A stretch of DNA of 64,000 nucleotides from Octopus sinensis (Eukaryota): contig NC_043026.1 of NCBI RefSeq assembly GCF_006345805.1, forward strand, positions 4,402,001 through 4,466,000, given 5' to 3'. Positions within the stretch are counted from its first letter, which is position 1; every line of letters starts with the position of its first letter. The translations under genes were made by a program, and so were the position numbers. The notes under the pieces are model-generated. The model did not search any database. It was given only the letters and a program-made list of their open reading frames with translations, and was not told where the DNA came from. This document shows, piece after piece, positions 59,340-64,000 of the stretch.

Positions 59340-60175
59340 CTTTGTGTTATGTAGAAGCACTACTGATGTTTTCTTCTTTGTAAGACCAGTACTGAGAAGA
59401 ATTTAGTAAAAATTAAACCTCTATACTTGACATTGAGAAAGCCTTTGACAGGTTCCCCCACTTCCTTATTCAGTGGTTAATGCAGAAGCTAGGGATAGAG
59501 TTGTTGGTGTGAGCCATACAAACTGTGTACAGGGATGCTGTCAGTAAGAGGAAAGTTGGTAATGTGTGTAGCAATGAATTTAGTAAGCAAGTAGGAGTTC
59601 CCGAAGGATCAATTCTCACTCCCCTCTTATTTATCATAGACCTTCTAGCCATAGCAGAGGAATTTAAGACTGGATGCCCTTGAGAGCTCCACTATGATGA
59701 TAACCTTGTTCTTATAGCGGAATTTCTACAAGAGTTAGAGAATGAATATAAAGTGTGGATGCAGCGTCTGCAATTCGAGGGACTTAGACTTAATTTAGCA
59801 AAACCCATAGCACTAGCATGTAGGAAAGCAGACAAGTCACTAATTTCTTCAAGGAGATGGCCTTGATTGATCTGACTTGATTCTTACTGGATTGACTTCA
59901 TTCTTACTTGAAAATGAGATACTTGTGAATGTGAAGTCTTTCCATGGTGATGAATGTACAACTCAACATAGGTTAGTGGTTTGTGATTTGAAACTTAGAG
60001 CTAGAAGGTTTCCGAGAAATAGGTCATTCCAGAAAACGACAATATATAAATTCAAACACTCAACAAAAACAGTAAGAAATTTTGTGAAATTCTATTTGAA
60101 GCATTTAAAATAGAGATGTATAGCATATTGGACAACTGGAAGTCCCTGCAGGACAATCTACTGAGGGACACAGAC
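59340..60175 (+). mobile_element. Degenerate RTE LINE pieces: RT domain (59340-59865) followed by endonuclease-end piece (59880-60175)
   Basis: EKAFDR, GVPEGSILTPLLF, HYDDNLV (YADD equivalent), GLRLNLAK, then WIDFILT and QHRLVVCDL. Confidence 0.75.
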
Positions 60176-60563
60176 AGTTCACTCAAATAATACCAAGAAG
60201 TTTTTAAAATATTTTATACGTCTGACGTTTTTCGCATGCCTTCCAACAAATTATCGGCCAAAGTTGAGGTCCCCAGGAACAGAAAGATAGTAACAAGAGT
60301 CAGCTACCGTGGTTTCTGTAAAACCCACGCACGAGATATATTTCCATTTCCATGTTGACATTAATTGAATTGTTGGTTGAATGAATTTCTATTCCTTAAC
60401 TTTTAATACATTTCTCATCTATTACAAATGCACTTATAACAACGTTATCCTTTATGAAACTTTTCCGTGAGTATTTCATCAGTAGACGTTCAATATTTGA
60501 CTTTTCGATTGGTTGTGTTTCTCCAATTTTTTATGTATCAGAGATGTCTATGAATTGTACAAG

Positions 60564-60750
60564 ATTTGGCTGCTATTTCTAGCTATGGAAGAGAGTTATC
60601 TATGATTTAAGCGAGATTTGGCTGCTATTTCTAGCTATGGAAGAGAAATGTCTATGATTAGTGCGATATCTGGCTGCTATTTCTAGCTATGGATGAGAGA
60701 TGTCTATTATTTGAACAAGATTTGGCTGCTATTTCTGGCTATAGAAGAGA
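60564..60750 (+). repeat. 52-bp minisatellite with the 20-bp core (4 units), upstream of ZNF-D
   Basis: Cores at 60564, 60616, 60668 and 60720. Confidence 0.95.
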
Positions 60751-60751
60751 A

Positions 60752-61053
60752 ATGGGTACTACTAGTGAACAGTGGTCCCGGTGCGCGCACTCGCTAGCCA
60801 GTCGTAATTAGTCGATCCTACGACTTTTTAACCCTAACCTCAGTTTGTTTTAAAAAATAATTTATTTACTTAGTTTAAAAAATTATTTACTTTGCGTTTT
60901 ATTTACTTTGTTGGAAAAATATTATTTAATTTTCTTTGATATGGATTCAGCCTTGAAATACAAAGATACGCGCAGGTCGTTGTAGGATCGACTACTTACG
61001 TCTAGCTAGCGCGAGTGCGCGCACCGGGACCACTGTTCGCTAGTAATACCCAT
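60752..61053. mobile_element. MITE with long near-perfect TIRs (ATGGGTA.TACTAG.GAACAGTGGTCCCGGTGCGCGCACTCGCTAGC)
   Basis: Left and right ~70 bp are reverse complements around an AT-rich spacer. Confidence 0.85.
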
Positions 61054-61849
61054 ATTCTTTACCTCCGCCAAATAAATTGCCTACATTTGCTGTAAAATGA
61101 GAGTAAAGTGGCTTCCTTAATTTTTATTGTAAAATCAGTATAATTATTTTTGTCATGTCCCTGTAAGAGAACTTCCGGTTTAGTTTGCAATGAAGCCCAT
61201 CTCTGCCACCGCATCCCACAGTTCGTTTTCCCTGTCTCTATATGTGTGTCTGTGCACGCATACATTCGTTCTCAACATGTTATTTGTTTCGACTTCATTC
61301 CCAATACCCTCCCCATCTATCGGTCCCTTTTTCTGTACTTGTGAGCCAGGGAGGAGAGAGAGTTTTTAACAAGAAAGAGGGGATGCCTGGTTATCTAGCC
61401 GGAAAGAAGATCAGAGAAAGAGAGAGGCTGCTCAAGAAAGAGGGCAGGAACAGGTCCGTTGCTGAAGACGAGATGTGCGGTTATCCTGAGGGAGAGAGAG
61501 AGAGAGTTAACATGAAAGACGCCAGGAGCAATTGTAAAGAAGATAGATACATGGTTACCTGGCCATATTCCTACCGCTCTATGTTACGCTGGTGAGACCC
61601 ATATTGGAGTAGGGGATTCAAGCCTCTTCTCCTTATCTCCAGAGATAAGAGCAAGAGAAGAATGGAGAGAGAGATTAAGAATGAGGGCAGAAACTGTAGA
61701 AGAGGTACATAGCCAGTCAAGGAAAGAGCAAAAGAAAGAGATTAGGGGACAACAAGAGAGTAGGAGAGAGAAGGCAACGAAGGGCCAGGGTATACATGCA
61801 AGGAGCAGGGATCAAAGCATAGATGGGATGAGAGACTAAGGAACAGAGG

Positions 61850-62020
61850 GGTGTATATATACATACATATATATATGCATATATACATACGTATATGTGC
61901 ATACCTACATATATATGCATATATACCTACTTATATGTACATACCTACATCTATATGTATATATACATGCATATATGTGCATACCTACATCTATATGTAT
62001 ATATACATGCATATATGGAT
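61850..62020. repeat. AT-rich minisatellite of ~40-bp units (ATATATACATGCATATATGTGCATACCTACATCTATATGT)
   Basis: About 3-4 imperfect tandem copies; a related reverse sequence lies at ~48680-48740. Confidence 0.75.
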
Positions 62021-62727
62021 ACAGGACATCAAAAAAATGTTGAACACAATGAGAAACGAAAACATAAAAACAAAAATATAGAAACGATCTTTTTTTGTAA
62101 ACAACAGAAAAAAAACAGAGAAACGAGACATACAACGCATGGAATATTCCCCTTCTTCAGTTGTCCCTTCTTCATTACCCCACATTTCGAAAGTAAGGAC
62201 AGTTTAATAAGAAATTGAAAAGAAAAGTTCAGTTGTTTACTTCTAGAATTTCTCTCTGTAGACATGTAGTAAGAGTTGCACTGTTGCATGTCTGCTATTA
62301 AAATATCCTCTTGTATCTTATGCTGTTGTTTCTCTCTTATTTCAGAATATCAGACAACTGTGACATCAAAGAATTGCTTTCATCAGATTCATCATCAACA
62401 TCTGTTATCTTTTAAAGACCAAAGAAAAACGTTACATGCGACAAATATATAAACTCTGTGAAATATTTCTTCTGAACGGAGATTAATGGCAGCGTTTCCC
62501 TACTCTACAGTCTGCAGTATGTACAAGATGAATTTGCTTACTTGTAATTAAATTTGGATGAAAATCAGAGTTGATGAGAAAATAGCTGTAAAACATTTGA
62601 AATAAATGAACAATAAAAAGTGAAAGAAGGAAATAAATTTATATTGTTCTGGGAGAAGAGAAAAACTATTGAAACAATGGATAATGTTACAGACTTAAAG
62701 GATTGATTTATTATTTTGTTGAAGAGA

Positions 62728-63950
<1,223 letters not shown>

Positions 63951-64000
63951 CAAGACAATTTTTTTATTCGCTGAAGCAATATCTACCCTCGACTTTTCCT

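Noticed and set aside
61290-61850. GA-rich stretch with a 117-aa ORF, possible LTR
   Set aside because: No TG...CA ends, PBS or second copy; low-complexity purine sequence.

Overview
AT-rich eukaryotic genomic DNA, most consistent with an octopus or other coleoid cephalopod. This rests on C2H2 zinc-finger clusters lacking KRAB/ZAD domains, octopus-type tRNA-SINEs, RTE/CR1 LINE debris and dense microsatellites; the species is inferred, not verified. Left part: a single-exon 1811-aa ORF (3832-9267, +) made of a coiled-coil and six tandem ~260-aa beta-propeller-like modules, then TE-rich DNA including a clean non-autonomous Helitron. From ~16.7 kb to the end is a C2H2-ZNF cluster of four gene types (here called A-, B-, C+, D+). 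The block 16663-37833 is tandemly duplicated as 37834-51709 with a visible junction. The second copy carries a 7.3-kb deletion that truncates ZNF-B and removes the ZNF-A upstream block. ZNF-C (51.7-58.7 kb) is an array of about 80 near-identical fingers that behaves like an 84/82-bp minisatellite with a linked frameshift variant. The ZNF genes are preceded by a 20-bp motif (ATTTGGCTGCTATTTCTAGC), present singly upstream of A and B and as 52-53-bp phased arrays adjoining one MITE family upstream of C and D. Coordinates were read by eye and may be off by a few bases; all divergence and count figures are by-eye estimates.
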